Assembly (NCBI GenBank): GCA_965601925.1 | Contig: OZ271854.1 | Span: 352,001-416,000, forward strand | Source of the DNA: Alkalispirochaeta sp. | Lineage (GTDB): Bacteria > Spirochaetota > Spirochaetia > DSM-27196 > Alkalispirochaetaceae | Direction of reading: 5' to 3' | DNA length: 64,000 nt | Shown here: piece by piece, positions 39,364-50,393 of the stretch | Layout of the letters: each line of letters opens with the position of its first letter | Numbering within the stretch: position 1 is the stretch's first letter | Notes under the pieces: model-generated | Seen by the model: only the letters and a program-made list of their open reading frames with translations | Databases searched by the model: none | What the model was told of the DNA's origin: nothing | Program-made: the position numbers and the translations under genes

Positions 39364-40200
39364 CTACCGCCGGCCGTTTTTTGTAATGCTTTGGGTGATG
39401 CGGTCGAGCACCATTGCGACGATCACCACGGCGATACCCGCCTCGAACCCTCGTCCCGGTTGGAGGCGCTGGATGGCGCGCCACACCTCGCCGCCGAGTC
39501 CGCCGGCGCCGATCATCGCGGAGATTACCACCATCGATAGGGCAAGCATAATCGTCTGGTTGACGCCCGCCATAATCGTCGGCATTGCCAACGGCATCTG
39601 CACCTTAAAGAGCTTTTGCCGCGTCGTGGTACCGAAGGCGTCTGACGCTTCGATCAACTCGCGGTCGATCTGCCGTATACCCAGAGAGGTGAGGCGGATC
39701 GACGGCGGTACCGAAAAGATAACCGTCGCAAAGACCGCCGAGACGGGCCCCAATCCGAAGAATGGGATCGCCGGGATGAGGTACACGAAGGCCGGCATCG
39801 TCTGCATGAAGTCCAAAATCGGCTTCACGGCGACGTAGAACCGGTCGTTCAGCCCCGCGGCAATTCCCAGGGGAAGACCGACAATGACGGCAAGGATCGT
39901 CGAGATGAGCACCAAAGCGATCGTAGATACGGTTGCGTCCCACAGTTCGAGGTTCCAGACGAACAGCAGCCCGACAAGGCCGAAGATCGCCACACCGCGT
40001 CCGGCGATACGCCACGCGATCGCCGCGACGATGAGAATCAGCAGCCACGGCGGCGGCACCAACAGGACATCGACGAGGCCGTCGATACCCGCCTCAACGA
40101 CGGCAGATATCCCGCGGGTCAACCACGAGAGCGCTTCGGTCAATACGTCGAGGAGCGCCTCGACCCCTTCGCCGAGCGGTATCTTGGGTATGCTACGCAT
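39364..40200 (-). CDS. opuAB: Glycine betaine/proline ABC transporter permease
   Basis: PILDFMQTMPAFVYLIP and MAGVNQTIMLALSMVVI.SMIGAGGLG. Confidence 0.93.
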   Translation of the reverse strand: MRSIPKIPLGEGVEALLDVLTEALSWLTRGISAVVEAGIDGLVDVLLVPPPWLLILIVAAIAWRIAGRGVAIFGLVGLLFVWNLELWDATVSTIALVLISTILAVIVGLPLGIAAGLNDRFYVAVKPILDFMQTMPAFVYLIPAIPFFGLGPVSAVFATVIFSVPPSIRLTSLGIRQIDRELIEASDAFGTTTRQKLFKVQMPLAMPTIMAGVNQTIMLALSMVVISAMIGAGGLGGEVWRAIQRLQPGRGFEAGIAVVIVAMVLDRITQSITKNGRR

Positions 40201-41404
40201 CGTTACCCCCTTGCTCGGCGAGAGCCGCCAGGATGGCGCCGCGCACGATCACGCCCTTCAAAAGACCTTTGTCGTCTACGACCGCGACCGGATTCTTGCT
40301 TTCGGCTACGAGAGGGAAAATCTCCCGAATAGGCTCGTCCGGAGGAACGGTGGCAATCTCGGCGAGATCGGCAACGTGGTCGAGCCACTTTTCCTCTCTC
40401 TTGAGCGCATCGGAGGCGCGCTCCGCGGACACGTGGCCCACGAGTTCGTAGTTCTGCCGGACGACGAAGATTCCCGACAGCCCCGCCTCGCGCATGGTGT
40501 GCAGCGCGGTACGCGGCCCATCCTTTACAAAGGCGACGGGTCGCGGCTTTTTCATGACGTCCCTCGCGGTAAGTACCTTCGTGATGTCGACGTTCTCGAC
40601 AAACCGCTCGACGTAGGTGTCGGCGGGCGAGGAGAGAATCTCCTCTGGCGTACCGATCTGTACGACATTGCCGTCCTTCATCAAGACGATCCGATCGCCC
40701 ATCTTGAGCGCTTCGTCGAGGTCGTGGGTGATAAAGACGATCGTCTTCTTTACCTCGCTCTCAAGGGCCAACAACTCGTCCTGCATGTCGGTGCGTATCA
40801 ACGGATCGAGGGCGCTGAACGCTTCGTCCATCAACAGCACGTCGGGCTCGATTGCCAGTGCACGGGCGAGGCCGACGCGTTGTTTCATGCCGCCCGAGAG
40901 ACTTTCGGGGTAGTAGTCCTCCCACCCGGCGAGGCCAACCTGTGAAAGTGCGGCCAACGCTTTCTCGGCGCGTACGGCCGGCGATACTCCCTGAACCTCC
41001 AAGCCGAACTCGGCGTTCTGACGAACCGTTCGATGGGGCATCAACGCGAAGCTCTGAAACACCATCCCGAACTTGTGACGTCTGAGCTCCCTCAAACGCT
41101 CCTCGTCCATCGCGGTAACCTCTTCGTCGTCGACGAAGATCTGACCGAACGTCGGCTCGTGAATCCGATTGATGCACCTGAGGAGCGTCGACTTTCCGCT
41201 CCCGGAGAGTCCCATGACGACCAACGTTTCTCCCTCGTAGATATCGAAGGTCGCGTCGGAGACGCCCACGGCACATCCCGTTTTGGCGAGTATCTCCTCT
41301 TTCGTGCGTCCCTCCTCGATCATGGCACGCGCGCGTTCGGGGTGACGACCGAAGATCTTGTAGAGTCCCTTGATTCTGATTTTTACGTTTCTATGTTCTT
41401 GCAT
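40193..41404 (-). CDS. opuAA: Glycine betaine/proline ABC transporter ATPase with CBS pair
   Basis: MGLSGSGKST, LSGGMKQRVGLARAL, MDEAFSALDPLIR and C-terminal CBS domains. Confidence 0.94.
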   Translation of the reverse strand: MQEHRNVKIRIKGLYKIFGRHPERARAMIEEGRTKEEILAKTGCAVGVSDATFDIYEGETLVVMGLSGSGKSTLLRCINRIHEPTFGQIFVDDEEVTAMDEERLRELRRHKFGMVFQSFALMPHRTVRQNAEFGLEVQGVSPAVRAEKALAALSQVGLAGWEDYYPESLSGGMKQRVGLARALAIEPDVLLMDEAFSALDPLIRTDMQDELLALESEVKKTIVFITHDLDEALKMGDRIVLMKDGNVVQIGTPEEILSSPADTYVERFVENVDITKVLTARDVMKKPRPVAFVKDGPRTALHTMREAGLSGIFVVRQNYELVGHVSAERASDALKREEKWLDHVADLAEIATVPPDEPIREIFPLVAESKNPVAVVDDKGLLKGVIVRGAILAALAEQGGNDA

Positions 41405-41655
41405 GTAATGAATCTGCGCAGGTTTCGAGCCGATTATTCTTTATAATACGAAAAGAATCAGCCAAAAACAGGGGCTTTTTTTGAAGCGGTCTAAACTTAA
41501 CAAATGATGGCGCCTTCAGTAAACCCTTATGAAATAATAATTAGTATTTCGTTCGGACAGATCGAGACGTGTTTTTTAATTCGATGTAAAACATTTCGTC
41601 TCGTGTATGATTCCATGAATTGTATCGTCGCGGCGTGATGTGGTAAGAATCGTAC

Positions 41656-42249
41656 ATGCGTCTTGTCTGTCTTGATCTCGAAGGTGTTCTCGTTCCGGAA
41701 ATTTGGCAAGGTGTCGCCGAGGAGACCGGCGTCGCCGAACTCAACCTTACCACGCGCGACATACCCGACTACCACGAGCTCATGCGAAAACGGTTGGCAA
41801 TCCTCCGTCGAGAGGGTGTAACACTGCCGCGGATTCAGGCTGTGGCGGAGTCGATGGAACCGTTGGACGGCGCGAAAGCATTTCTCGACGAGCTTCGCTC
41901 ACGCGTACAGGTCGTCATACTGTCGGATACGTATGTCGAGTTCGCCTCCGCGCTCATGCGCCGACTCGGATGGCCGCTGTTGTTGTGCAATACTCTGAAC
42001 GTGGACGGCGCGGGGCGCATCGTCGACTATCATCTGCGGCAGGAAGATGGAAAACTTCACGCCGTGCGCGCCTTCCGCACGCTCAACCTGGAGGTGCTCG
42101 CCGCCGGGGATTCGTACAACGACCTATCTATGATTTTGGAGGCGGACAAGGGAGCGTTCTTCCGTCCCCCGGATTCGATCGTCTCCGAGCATCCCGGTGT
42201 GTCGGTATGCCGAACCTATCAAGAACTTTTTACGTTCCTGACGTCGTAG
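41656..42249 (+). CDS. thrH: Phosphoserine phosphatase / homoserine phosphotransferase (HAD)
   Basis: CLDLEGVLVPEIW, TTRDIPDY, ILSDT and AAGDSYND. Confidence 0.93.
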   Translation: MRLVCLDLEGVLVPEIWQGVAEETGVAELNLTTRDIPDYHELMRKRLAILRREGVTLPRIQAVAESMEPLDGAKAFLDELRSRVQVVILSDTYVEFASALMRRLGWPLLLCNTLNVDGAGRIVDYHLRQEDGKLHAVRAFRTLNLEVLAAGDSYNDLSMILEADKGAFFRPPDSIVSEHPGVSVCRTYQELFTFLTS

Positions 42250-42288
42250 GTAGCGAAGACACGAAAACCTATACTATACTCATCCGCG

Positions 42289-44004
42289 ATGCTTCCCGAT
42301 GATTCCGGAGGCGAGATCCGCAAACGTGCAGAAGAGATCGCCCAACGACAAACGACTCCCGGAGAGTCACCGCAGGATCGGCTCATATACGAGTTGAAGG
42401 TCCACCAGATCGAGCTGGAAATGCAGAACAGCGAACTGCGCAGCTCGCAACAGGAACTGCAGCGCGCACGCAAGCAGTATGAAATTCTCTTCGATTTCGC
42501 CCCCGTAGCATACTTTGTGTTTAACCAGGAGGGGGGCGTGGTTGAGGCCAACCACGCCGGTGCGGCACTACTCAAGACGGAGCGCAAGTTCCTGGACCGC
42601 AAGCCGTTCATCGTCTTTTTGGCCAACGAATACCACACCGTATTCTTCAACCACCTACGCCGCGTATTCGAGTTGGGGCACCGTCAGAGCACGGAGATTC
42701 AGATCAATACGCGCCAAGGCGGGCAGATCTGGGCTCGTCTGGAGAGTCGTCACCAACGAAGTATCAAGGGCGACTCACAGTGCCTCACGGCGGTGCTCGA
42801 TATCACCGATCGCAAACGTATCGAAGACGATCTGATTCTGGCCCGCGAGGACGCGATGAGTGCCAACCGCGCCAAGAGCGTCTTTCTTGCCAACATGAGC
42901 CACGAGATCCGCACTCCCATGAGCGGTATCCTCTCGATGAGCGAGCTGGCACTCCAAATGAAGCTTCCCGCCGAGGCGGGGCGATACGTCACCGCGATCC
43001 ACAGCGCCGCCCGCTCGCTCTTGTCGGTGCTCGACGACGTGTTGGACGTCTCCAAAGTCGAGGCCGACCAGTTGAGCATCGACAAGCAACCGTTTGCCAT
43101 CCGGGAGCTCCTTACGACGCTGCAAGCGATGTTTCAGCCCCACGCGGCGCAGAAACACCTGGATCTCATCGTAGAGGTACCCGATGCGGTCTCGGATACT
43201 CTCGTGGGCGACCGCAACCGAATCCGACAAGTCCTCGTAAGCCTTCTTGCCAACGCACTCACCTTCACCGAGACCGGCACGGTGACGTTGAGTCTCCGCG
43301 AGGATGAGCTGTCGGGTTTCTTGCGCGAAGTGACCTTCGAGGTGGCCGATACGGGGCCGGGCATCACTCCGGCGGAGCAGCGGCGCATCTTCGAGACCTT
43401 CAACCGGTCGTTGGACGACGAGGAGTCGCGGTACGAGGGCAAGGGACTCGGTTTGGCGATATCGCGACGTTTGGCAAAGTTGATGGGCGGTCAACTTTAC
43501 TTTGAGACCGACCCCGGGAAGGGCAGTCGCTTCTTCCTGTCGGTACCTCTTGAACTTCCGGGAGAAGACGAGGATGTCGACGGTCCCGCACCGGCCTCCC
43601 ATAACGCGGAGGAGACCCAACACGGGACGATTCTCGTCGCCGAGGATAGCGCTATCAACCTCCTGGTGATTAGGACGGTACTCGAGAAGGCCGGGTATGA
43701 CGTGGTGACGGTCGGCAACGGCCACGATGTGATCGAAAAACTTGAAAACGGCGCCTTCGATCTCGTTATAATGGATATATCGATGCCGGGATTGGACGGC
43801 CTCAGCGCGACGCGTCAGATTCGCTCGCGCCAAGGCGACGCATCAATTCGGTGGGACATACCGGTAATCGCAATCTCGGCGCACTCCATGAAAGGAGACC
43901 GTGAGCGCTTTCTTGACGCAGGCATGAACGATTACATTAGCAAACCGTTCGTACGCGACACGGTACTTTCGGTGGTCCGCAAGCATCTCAGGAGTACCTC
44001 ATGA
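42289..44004 (+). CDS. PAS-domain hybrid histidine kinase with receiver domain
   Basis: ELKVHQIELEMQN, PAS/PAC, FLANMSHEIRTP, DTGPGI, GLGLAIS; receiver AED..MDISMP..KP. Confidence 0.93.
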   Translation: MLPDDSGGEIRKRAEEIAQRQTTPGESPQDRLIYELKVHQIELEMQNSELRSSQQELQRARKQYEILFDFAPVAYFVFNQEGGVVEANHAGAALLKTERKFLDRKPFIVFLANEYHTVFFNHLRRVFELGHRQSTEIQINTRQGGQIWARLESRHQRSIKGDSQCLTAVLDITDRKRIEDDLILAREDAMSANRAKSVFLANMSHEIRTPMSGILSMSELALQMKLPAEAGRYVTAIHSAARSLLSVLDDVLDVSKVEADQLSIDKQPFAIRELLTTLQAMFQPHAAQKHLDLIVEVPDAVSDTLVGDRNRIRQVLVSLLANALTFTETGTVTLSLREDELSGFLREVTFEVADTGPGITPAEQRRIFETFNRSLDDEESRYEGKGLGLAISRRLAKLMGGQLYFETDPGKGSRFFLSVPLELPGEDEDVDGPAPASHNAEETQHGTILVAEDSAINLLVIRTVLEKAGYDVVTVGNGHDVIEKLENGAFDLVIMDISMPGLDGLSATRQIRSRQGDASIRWDIPVIAISAHSMKGDRERFLDAGMNDYISKPFVRDTVLSVVRKHLRSTS

Positions 44005-46904
44005 GCAAACCCGACGGCAAAGAAAAATCGTTCTACATCGTCGGAGTGGGAGCCTCGGCCGGCGGCCTCGAGGCGTTGGAGTCGTTTTTCGACAACACGC
44101 CGACGTCCGACGACTTTGCATTTGTCGTCATCCAGCACCTCTCGCCCGACTACAAGAGTCTCATGGCTGAGTTACTCGCGAAGCATACCGAGATGGAGAT
44201 TCATCCGGCCGAGGACGGCATGGAGATACGTCCGGGCTCGATCTACCTCATTCCACGCAAGAAGAACATGACCGTGTACAAACGCAAGCTCTTTCTCACC
44301 GAGCAGGAGCACGGTCTCAACCTCCCGATCGATATCTTCATGCAATCCCTGGCCGAGGATGTCGGCGAGCATGCGATCGGCGTTATTCTCTCCGGTACCG
44401 GGAGCGACGGCACGCGAGGCGTCAGGTCGATCAAAGAGGCCGGCGGGTTGGTCATCGCCCAGGACGAGGACGACGCCAAGTTCGACGGGATGCCCCGCAG
44501 CGCAATCTCCACCGGAATCGTCGACTTCGTACTCCCGGCGGATAAAATTCCGCAGGAGCTCAAAGCCTTCGTCAACGGCGACGTCAAGCTCGTTACCGAA
44601 AATGCGCAGATCCGTTTGGGCGATACCAACGCGATTACCAAGATATTCATGCTCATCAAGCGCAAAACCGGGGTCGACCTCTCGTTTTACAAGGAGACGA
44701 CCATTCTTCGCCGACTGGAGCGGCGAATGGGTATCAACCAGATCCACGACGTGAACCGGTATATCGCCTTCCTGGAGGAAAATCCGCAGGAGATCAACAC
44801 ACTCTTCAAAGAGATTCTCATCGGCGTCACGCGATTCTTCCGCGACAGCGAGGCGTTTGACGTGCTGGCGGATGAGGTAATCCCCGAGATTTTCAACGCC
44901 AAGGAGTCGGGCGATCCGATCCGGGTATGGGTCGGCGGATGCTCCACGGGCGAGGAGGCGTACAGCCTGGCGATCTCTTTGGCGGAATATGCCGAAGAGC
45001 ATTTTCTCCAAAATGACATCAAGATATTTGCGACCGATATCGACAAAGATGCGATCGAGTTCGCCTCCTATGGGTTATACCCCGAAAGTATTGCAGCCGA
45101 TGCGTCGCCGGATCGGTTGGCAAAGTACTTCATAAAAAAGGGCGAAAGCTACCAGATCATCCCGGCAATCCGCGAGATGGTGATCTTTGCGTACCACAAC
45201 ATCTTCAAGGATCCGCCGTTCCGCCGCATCGACCTCATCAGCTGTCGTAACCTGCTCATCTACCTGCAGCCGGTACTTCAGAAAAAGGTGCTCTCCAGCT
45301 TTCACTTCTCGCTTAACACGAGCGGATACCTCTTTTTGGGCTCCAGCGAGTCGATCGGCGATCTGAGCAAATACTTTCAATCCGTCGACACGAAGTGGAA
45401 GATCTTCGCCTATAAAGGTGAACACCACCCCCGGGATTTGCGGATCACTCCGCCGGAGCCCAATTGGTACGAGCACAGAATCTCCAACGATCCGCCGCTC
45501 GAAACCCACGTGAGATCTATACAACGTTCGGACTCGATGTACGAGCACCTCATCGAGGACTATCTCCCGCCGACGATCGTCGTCGACGAGAATCGCCAAG
45601 TCATTCACGTCTTCGGCGAGCTCGGCGACTATCTCAAGATTCCGGCGGGAAAGATGGATCTCGATCTCCTCAAGATGGCGCGCAAGGAGGTCGGCATTCC
45701 TCTGGGAACGGCACTTCAAGCGGCGATTCGCGAGCACGCGGTCATCGCCTACGAGGACGTGGTGGTGCCGCTGCAAAACGGTGAAGCGGAGACGATACGA
45801 CTCACGGTACGCCCCCTGGACGGGGGCTCGGGGGGACGCTTTTTCGCCGTGCTCTTCGAGACGCAGGAGGATCAAGACACCCGGAAGCCGGTCGCGGCGA
45901 TGAAGTTCGACCTCGACGAGAGCGTCCGTCGCCGTATCGCCGATTTGGAGAGCGAGCTCCGGTATACCAAAGAGAATCTCCAGGCGACCATCGAGGAGTT
46001 GGAAACCTCCAACGAGGAGCTACAGGCGACCAACGAGGAGCTGCTGTCGTCCAACGAGGAGTTGCAAAGCACCAACGAGGAGCTGCAATCGGTCAATGAG
46101 GAGTTGATCACCGTTAACTCCGAGTACCAGAAGAAGATCGAAGAGCTTTCGGAGCTCAACGACGACATGGACAATCTGTTATCGGGTACGGCGATCGGCA
46201 CGATCTTCCTCGATAGCGAGCTTACGATCCGCAAGTTCACGCCGCCGGTCGCGCGGCAGATCAACATTATCAAGACCGACATCGGGCGCCCCTTCACCGA
46301 CCTGTCCCACAACCTGCACTACGAGAGTCTTCTGGAAGACGTCACGGCGGTGATGAAGTCCGAGGAGCCGCGCGAGGTCGAAGTACAGAATAAGGACGGC
46401 TACTGGTTTCTCGTAAAAATTCAGCCCTACCGGAGCGAGCAGGAGAAGACGAAGGGTATCGTCCTCTCTCTCATCGATATCACCAAGCGCAAGACCGCAG
46501 AGCTTGCACTGTTGAGACAGCACGAGCTCTTGATGCAGGTTCTCGACTCCAATCCGTCGGCGATTACCATGCTCGACCATCGGGGACGGATTATCTACGC
46601 CAACTTGCGCGGTGCGGAGCTGCTCGGGTATCCCAAGGAACAGCTCCTATCCATGAGCCACGAGGATCCGGCCTTCAACCAGACGAAGCGCGACGGCGGC
46701 GCACTATCGGCCGAGGAGCTCCCCTTCTCGGTCATCCAGAGAACACGCCGGTCCGTCACCGATTTCGAGATGGATATCACCACCGGAACGAAGGCGAAAC
46801 GGATCAGCATCCGGATCAACGGCAGCCCGATCTACGACGAACACGGCGAGGTCGAGGGCGCCGTGCTCCACATGCACCAAATCGAAGACGACGCGGCGGA
46901 GTAG
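44001..46904 (+). CDS. CheB methylesterase-CheR methyltransferase fusion with coiled coil and PAS domains
   Basis: GASAGG, QHL and GSDG (Ser-His-Asp triad); [29 protein letters not shown] heptads; PAS domains. ATGA overlap with the kinase. Confidence 0.93.
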   Translation: MSKPDGKEKSFYIVGVGASAGGLEALESFFDNTPTSDDFAFVVIQHLSPDYKSLMAELLAKHTEMEIHPAEDGMEIRPGSIYLIPRKKNMTVYKRKLFLTEQEHGLNLPIDIFMQSLAEDVGEHAIGVILSGTGSDGTRGVRSIKEAGGLVIAQDEDDAKFDGMPRSAISTGIVDFVLPADKIPQELKAFVNGDVKLVTENAQIRLGDTNAITKIFMLIKRKTGVDLSFYKETTILRRLERRMGINQIHDVNRYIAFLEENPQEINTLFKEILIGVTRFFRDSEAFDVLADEVIPEIFNAKESGDPIRVWVGGCSTGEEAYSLAISLAEYAEEHFLQNDIKIFATDIDKDAIEFASYGLYPESIAADASPDRLAKYFIKKGESYQIIPAIREMVIFAYHNIFKDPPFRRIDLISCRNLLIYLQPVLQKKVLSSFHFSLNTSGYLFLGSSESIGDLSKYFQSVDTKWKIFAYKGEHHPRDLRITPPEPNWYEHRISNDPPLETHVRSIQRSDSMYEHLIEDYLPPTIVVDENRQVIHVFGELGDYLKIPAGKMDLDLLKMARKEVGIPLGTALQAAIREHAVIAYEDVVVPLQNGEAETIRLTVRPLDGGSGGRFFAVLFETQEDQDTRKPVAAMKFDLDESVRRRIADLESELRYTKENLQATIEELETSNEELQATNEELLSSNEELQSTNEELQSVNEELITVNSEYQKKIEELSELNDDMDNLLSGTAIGTIFLDSELTIRKFTPPVARQINIIKTDIGRPFTDLSHNLHYESLLEDVTAVMKSEEPREVEVQNKDGYWFLVKIQPYRSEQEKTKGIVLSLIDITKRKTAELALLRQHELLMQVLDSNPSAITMLDHRGRIIYANLRGAELLGYPKEQLLSMSHEDPAFNQTKRDGGALSAEELPFSVIQRTRRSVTDFEMDITTGTKAKRISIRINGSPIYDEHGEVEGAVLHMHQIEDDAAE

Positions 46905-46917
46905 TAACCGCCGCTCG

Positions 46918-47703
46918 TTACGAGGTGGCGGCGGGAGGGCCCAAGGCTCGAATCCGAACCGCCAGACGGTAGTAGTCAAGGGCGCCGCCGCTGCGCAGAT
47001 CGTGCTGAAAGATCGTCCGACCGCGCCCCGGCGCCTCGGCGAGTGACGCGTTGTGGCGGATCGCCTCAAGCACGACACCGTCCCCGAGACGCGTGCGGAG
47101 TTCAGCAATGATCTCCCGTGAGAACGCGGCACTCTCCTCGAAAAAGGTCGGTATGATACCCCGAACGCTCAACTCCGGGTTGGCGTGTCGCCGCGTCTCG
47201 TCTACCAACTCGATAATCTCGACCATGCCCTCCATCGCGAGAAAGTGCGCCTGCATCGGAATGAAGGCTTCGCGCGAGGCGACCAGCGCGCTCATCGTCA
47301 ATAGGTGTGTCGTCGGCGGTGTGTCGAAGATCGTGTAGTCGAAGCGTTCCATGGTCGCCTCAAGACGTTCCTTGATCCACGATTGCGCCTCGCCATGGGC
47401 GGCGAAGCGCCGCTCAAAATCCTCCAAGCGGCGCGAAGAGGGCATGACTTTGAGTCGCGGCACGTACGTATCCCGGAGCGCCTTCTCGGCGGGAGTGTGC
47501 CCCTGCGCCACCTCACCGAGGTCGGACTCGACTTCTGCGATTGAAACGCCTAGTGACATCGTGGCGTGGGCCTGCGGATCGGCGTCGACGACGAGCACGG
47601 TGTTTCCCATGTGGGCGAGCGCCGCCGCAATGTTGACGCTGGTGGTCGTCTTACCGCATCCTCCCTTGCGGTTGGTAAAGACAAGGCGTCGGCCGATGCT
47701 CAT
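46918..47703 (-). CDS. ParA/Soj-family ATPase (no parB adjacent)
   Basis: NRKGGCGKTTT, DADPQ, FDTPP and LAEAP. Confidence 0.9.
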   Translation of the reverse strand: MSIGRRLVFTNRKGGCGKTTTSVNIAAALAHMGNTVLVVDADPQAHATMSLGVSIAEVESDLGEVAQGHTPAEKALRDTYVPRLKVMPSSRRLEDFERRFAAHGEAQSWIKERLEATMERFDYTIFDTPPTTHLLTMSALVASREAFIPMQAHFLAMEGMVEIIELVDETRRHANPELSVRGIIPTFFEESAAFSREIIAELRTRLGDGVVLEAIRHNASLAEAPGRGRTIFQHDLRSGGALDYYRLAVRIRALGPPAATS

Positions 47704-49721
47704 CGATTGCCTCCGGTGATGATCTGATTCAAAATATGGCGCGTGATGGTATACAACGGCGGCACGCCCTCCTCCGTGGTGAGGGGCGCCGCGAGATTGG
47801 CGCCGGCCTCCAACGGCAAGTCGGATACGTAGTACAACGATCGAATCTCGATGTCGGGGCCGATGACTCCCAGCTGTTGTGACTCAAGTATCTCTCTATA
47901 GTAGTGCATGCCTTCCATTTCAATCCCCACGACATCTCGAATCTGTCGATAAAACTGCAACATCTGACGATTCTGCAGGAGCGTCCCGTCGACGGTGAGC
48001 ATCGGCCCGCGATGAACCGTCACGCCGTGCGGTGCGCTCTGACTCGACAATGGCTGGAGCAGGTCACTATGTTGCGCGATAAATGCCGTCGGCGCAAGAA
48101 TATCGCCGCGCCGCCCGACGAGAGCTCCCGCCTTTCCGAGGAAATTTACGCTTCGGATGTTCTGTCCGTAAAGCATGAGGAGATTTCGGATGACGTACTC
48201 CGCCTGTTCGCCGAAGGCGTAGTCGATATTCACAATGACATCGTCGCAGCTCGGCGAGGCGGCTGCGATAGCCTCGACTCCGGGATCGAACGACGCGTCG
48301 ACGAGCGAGGCGAGGTCTACCAACTGCACGCGAATTCCGGTACTTACCGTCTCTTCCAGACGATGGTGTCCGTACCGACGCGCCATGCGCTGCGATTCCG
48401 TCACGTGATCGGGATGTTCGAGAAAAAAATCGCGGGCGAGGGAATACACAAGATCGTGGGGATTCTCCCACCGCACGTCCAAGGCCGGATGAGAGCGCTC
48501 GACCGCCCAACGCTCGATCGCATCGCGCCGTTCGACAAACCACGGATTGAGACAGTTGGTCACCGAGTGCGTGTTGCTGCTCACGATGTGGACGCCGCGG
48601 TGCGGCGGTAGATCGGAGGGATCGATTCCCGTGAGCTCTCGATTGACCCGCGCTACTTCGGCGATCCACAGCTCGCCGCGACGTGCAATGTGCGTGCGTT
48701 GTCGCCGTCTGACGTCGATATCGAACATTTCGCGATGGCGGGCGATTTCGGAAATGCGCGCCGCGGCATCGTCGGGCCATATGCGAACCAGCGCATCGAC
48801 CTCGCGAGAGCTGAACGAAAGCGTATTGAGAAATGCGCGAACCTCATCGGCGAAGTGCGCGTCGTCCGCAACGAACTCGGCGATGCGGGCGAGGCTCCCG
48901 TCACGCCCGACGCGTTTGCGAATCTTCTGAGCCTCCACCGCGTAAACGCACAAGCACGTGACGAGATCGATTAAATCCGAATCCCCGGTGCGGAGCAGCA
49001 CCAGATCTTTTCCGGGTAGCACCTCCCACACGTCTCGCCGGCGCGCCGAGGTGGGCACCACGGGAAAGAGGCGCTCGGAGCCGGCCAGAGCCGGTGGGAG
49101 CTCGTCGACCAGCAGAAACGCGAAGGTTCGCGTCAGATTGTCCGGTAGGCGACGCACCGCGTAGGTAAGCGCGCCGGTATCGATACGGTATTCGTCATGT
49201 GCCCCCGGGTGCAGCGCCGGCTGCAGCGCCAGATAGAGCGGTACGAGCGACCCGATGCCGATGTGGCCGCGCTGTGCGCCCTGGAGGAGCTCGAACTTAA
49301 AACGATCGAACGCGGAGAAGATTCCCTGATTGTCCCTGAGGATTGTCCCGAACCCCTGAGCCAGACTCGGTGAGGCGTGCAGGAGGCGCCGAAACTCCTC
49401 GCCCGAAATGGAATAACACTCGCACTCCGTCAGCGCTCGTGCGCTGAACAGGCGCGGCTCCTGAAAAATCGCCTCCCATTCGCCGAACACCCGATACGTT
49501 TCGATTACGGTGACGAGATCATCGTCGACACGCCGCGGATCGAACACCTCAACGGTGCCGCGGGCGATGAGAAACACCGATTGATCCACATCGTTCTGAC
49601 GGAATATCGTATCCCCCGGTGTAAAGCGGTGAGGACGGAGGCGGAGGGTAAGGTCTCGTCGTTGTCGATCCCGAAGGAACCGAAACGGATGGATCCGGCG
49701 CAGGAGCTCGATTACATCCAC
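47700..49721 (-). CDS. Cyclic-nucleotide-binding domain fused to a DUF6909 (nucleoside phosphorylase-like) domain
   Basis: cNMP motifs IFRQ.D, G.VEV, FGE..A and PR..SARA. C-terminal IVSSNTHSV.N, IDYAFGEQA, GKAG...GDI..P, TV.GT.LQN, GIEMEG and YYVSD.PL. Confidence 0.8.
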   Translation of the reverse strand: MDVIELLRRIHPFRFLRDRQRRDLTLRLRPHRFTPGDTIFRQNDVDQSVFLIARGTVEVFDPRRVDDDLVTVIETYRVFGEWEAIFQEPRLFSARALTECECYSISGEEFRRLLHASPSLAQGFGTILRDNQGIFSAFDRFKFELLQGAQRGHIGIGSLVPLYLALQPALHPGAHDEYRIDTGALTYAVRRLPDNLTRTFAFLLVDELPPALAGSERLFPVVPTSARRRDVWEVLPGKDLVLLRTGDSDLIDLVTCLCVYAVEAQKIRKRVGRDGSLARIAEFVADDAHFADEVRAFLNTLSFSSREVDALVRIWPDDAAARISEIARHREMFDIDVRRRQRTHIARRGELWIAEVARVNRELTGIDPSDLPPHRGVHIVSSNTHSVTNCLNPWFVERRDAIERWAVERSHPALDVRWENPHDLVYSLARDFFLEHPDHVTESQRMARRYGHHRLEETVSTGIRVQLVDLASLVDASFDPGVEAIAAASPSCDDVIVNIDYAFGEQAEYVIRNLLMLYGQNIRSVNFLGKAGALVGRRGDILAPTAFIAQHSDLLQPLSSQSAPHGVTVHRGPMLTVDGTLLQNRQMLQFYRQIRDVVGIEMEGMHYYREILESQQLGVIGPDIEIRSLYYVSDLPLEAGANLAAPLTTEEGVPPLYTITRHILNQIITGGNR

Positions 49722-49768
49722 CGCGCCATGCTATCATGCCGTCATAGAGTGTCGAAAGGGAGCACGCG

Positions 49769-50356
49769 ATGCACGAGTACGATCCGAACTATCGCGAGCG
49801 CGCATTGGACGACATTTCACGACGATTTGCCGATGATCTCCTTTCCGAGGAGCGATTCGAGACGGCTCTGGCCGAGATCGGCCGCGCAACGACGAATCAG
49901 GACATTGCCGCGATACTGGGCGACCTCCCGACTCGTACGGCCTCTGGGAGCCGTCCGTCCACGCACGACGTCGACGGCGACCACCGGATTGCGGACGCCG
50001 AGGAGGCGTCAACGCGGCTCCCCGCCGATCGCGGAAGTTCGATCGTCGCGATTTTGGGTGAGCGCCGCCTTACCGGGCGTTGGTTGCACCATCGGTACGT
50101 GAGCGTCGTGGCGGTGATGGGTCTCGTCGACTTGGACCTCTCGGCGTGTAAAATCGAAATGCACACCCATATTCATATCGTCAGTGTCATGGCGGAGGTA
50201 CGTCTCCATATCCCGAGCGGTATTACGATCACCAACGACGTGGCGACGCTCATGTCGGGGCACACCGACGAGACGCCCGCCGCGCGTGGCGGCGGCGGGC
50301 ACATACGACTCACGGGAACGGTACTCCTCTCGGAGTTGAAGGTTCGACGAACGTAA
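49769..50356 (+). CDS. DUF1707 (SHOCT-like) plus LiaF/DUF2154-like protein
   Basis: RERA...L......L..E.F..L...A.T..D...I..DLP, then a beta region (G.W, MG...LDL, V...P). Confidence 0.75.
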   Translation: MHEYDPNYRERALDDISRRFADDLLSEERFETALAEIGRATTNQDIAAILGDLPTRTASGSRPSTHDVDGDHRIADAEEASTRLPADRGSSIVAILGERRLTGRWLHHRYVSVVAVMGLVDLDLSACKIEMHTHIHIVSVMAEVRLHIPSGITITNDVATLMSGHTDETPAARGGGGHIRLTGTVLLSELKVRRT

Positions 50357-50393
50357 CCCGACGCACGCCGAAGTCGACCGGCGGCGCGGCGTC

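Noticed and set aside
41405..41655. AT-rich region upstream of opuA as a possible c-di-AMP (ydaO) riboswitch
   Set aside because: No ydaO consensus elements recognised; it looks like ordinary divergent promoter DNA.
45993..46118. 21-nt periodic repeats (AACGAGGAG...) resembling a CRISPR or tandem array
   Set aside because: They encode the EELQSTN coiled-coil heptads of the CheB-CheR fusion; there are no unique spacers and no cas genes.
46918..47703. parA as evidence of a plasmid, prophage or chromosomal origin
   Set aside because: No parB, parS, rep, dnaA, integrase or phage genes in the window; the flanks are chromosomal signalling and housekeeping genes.
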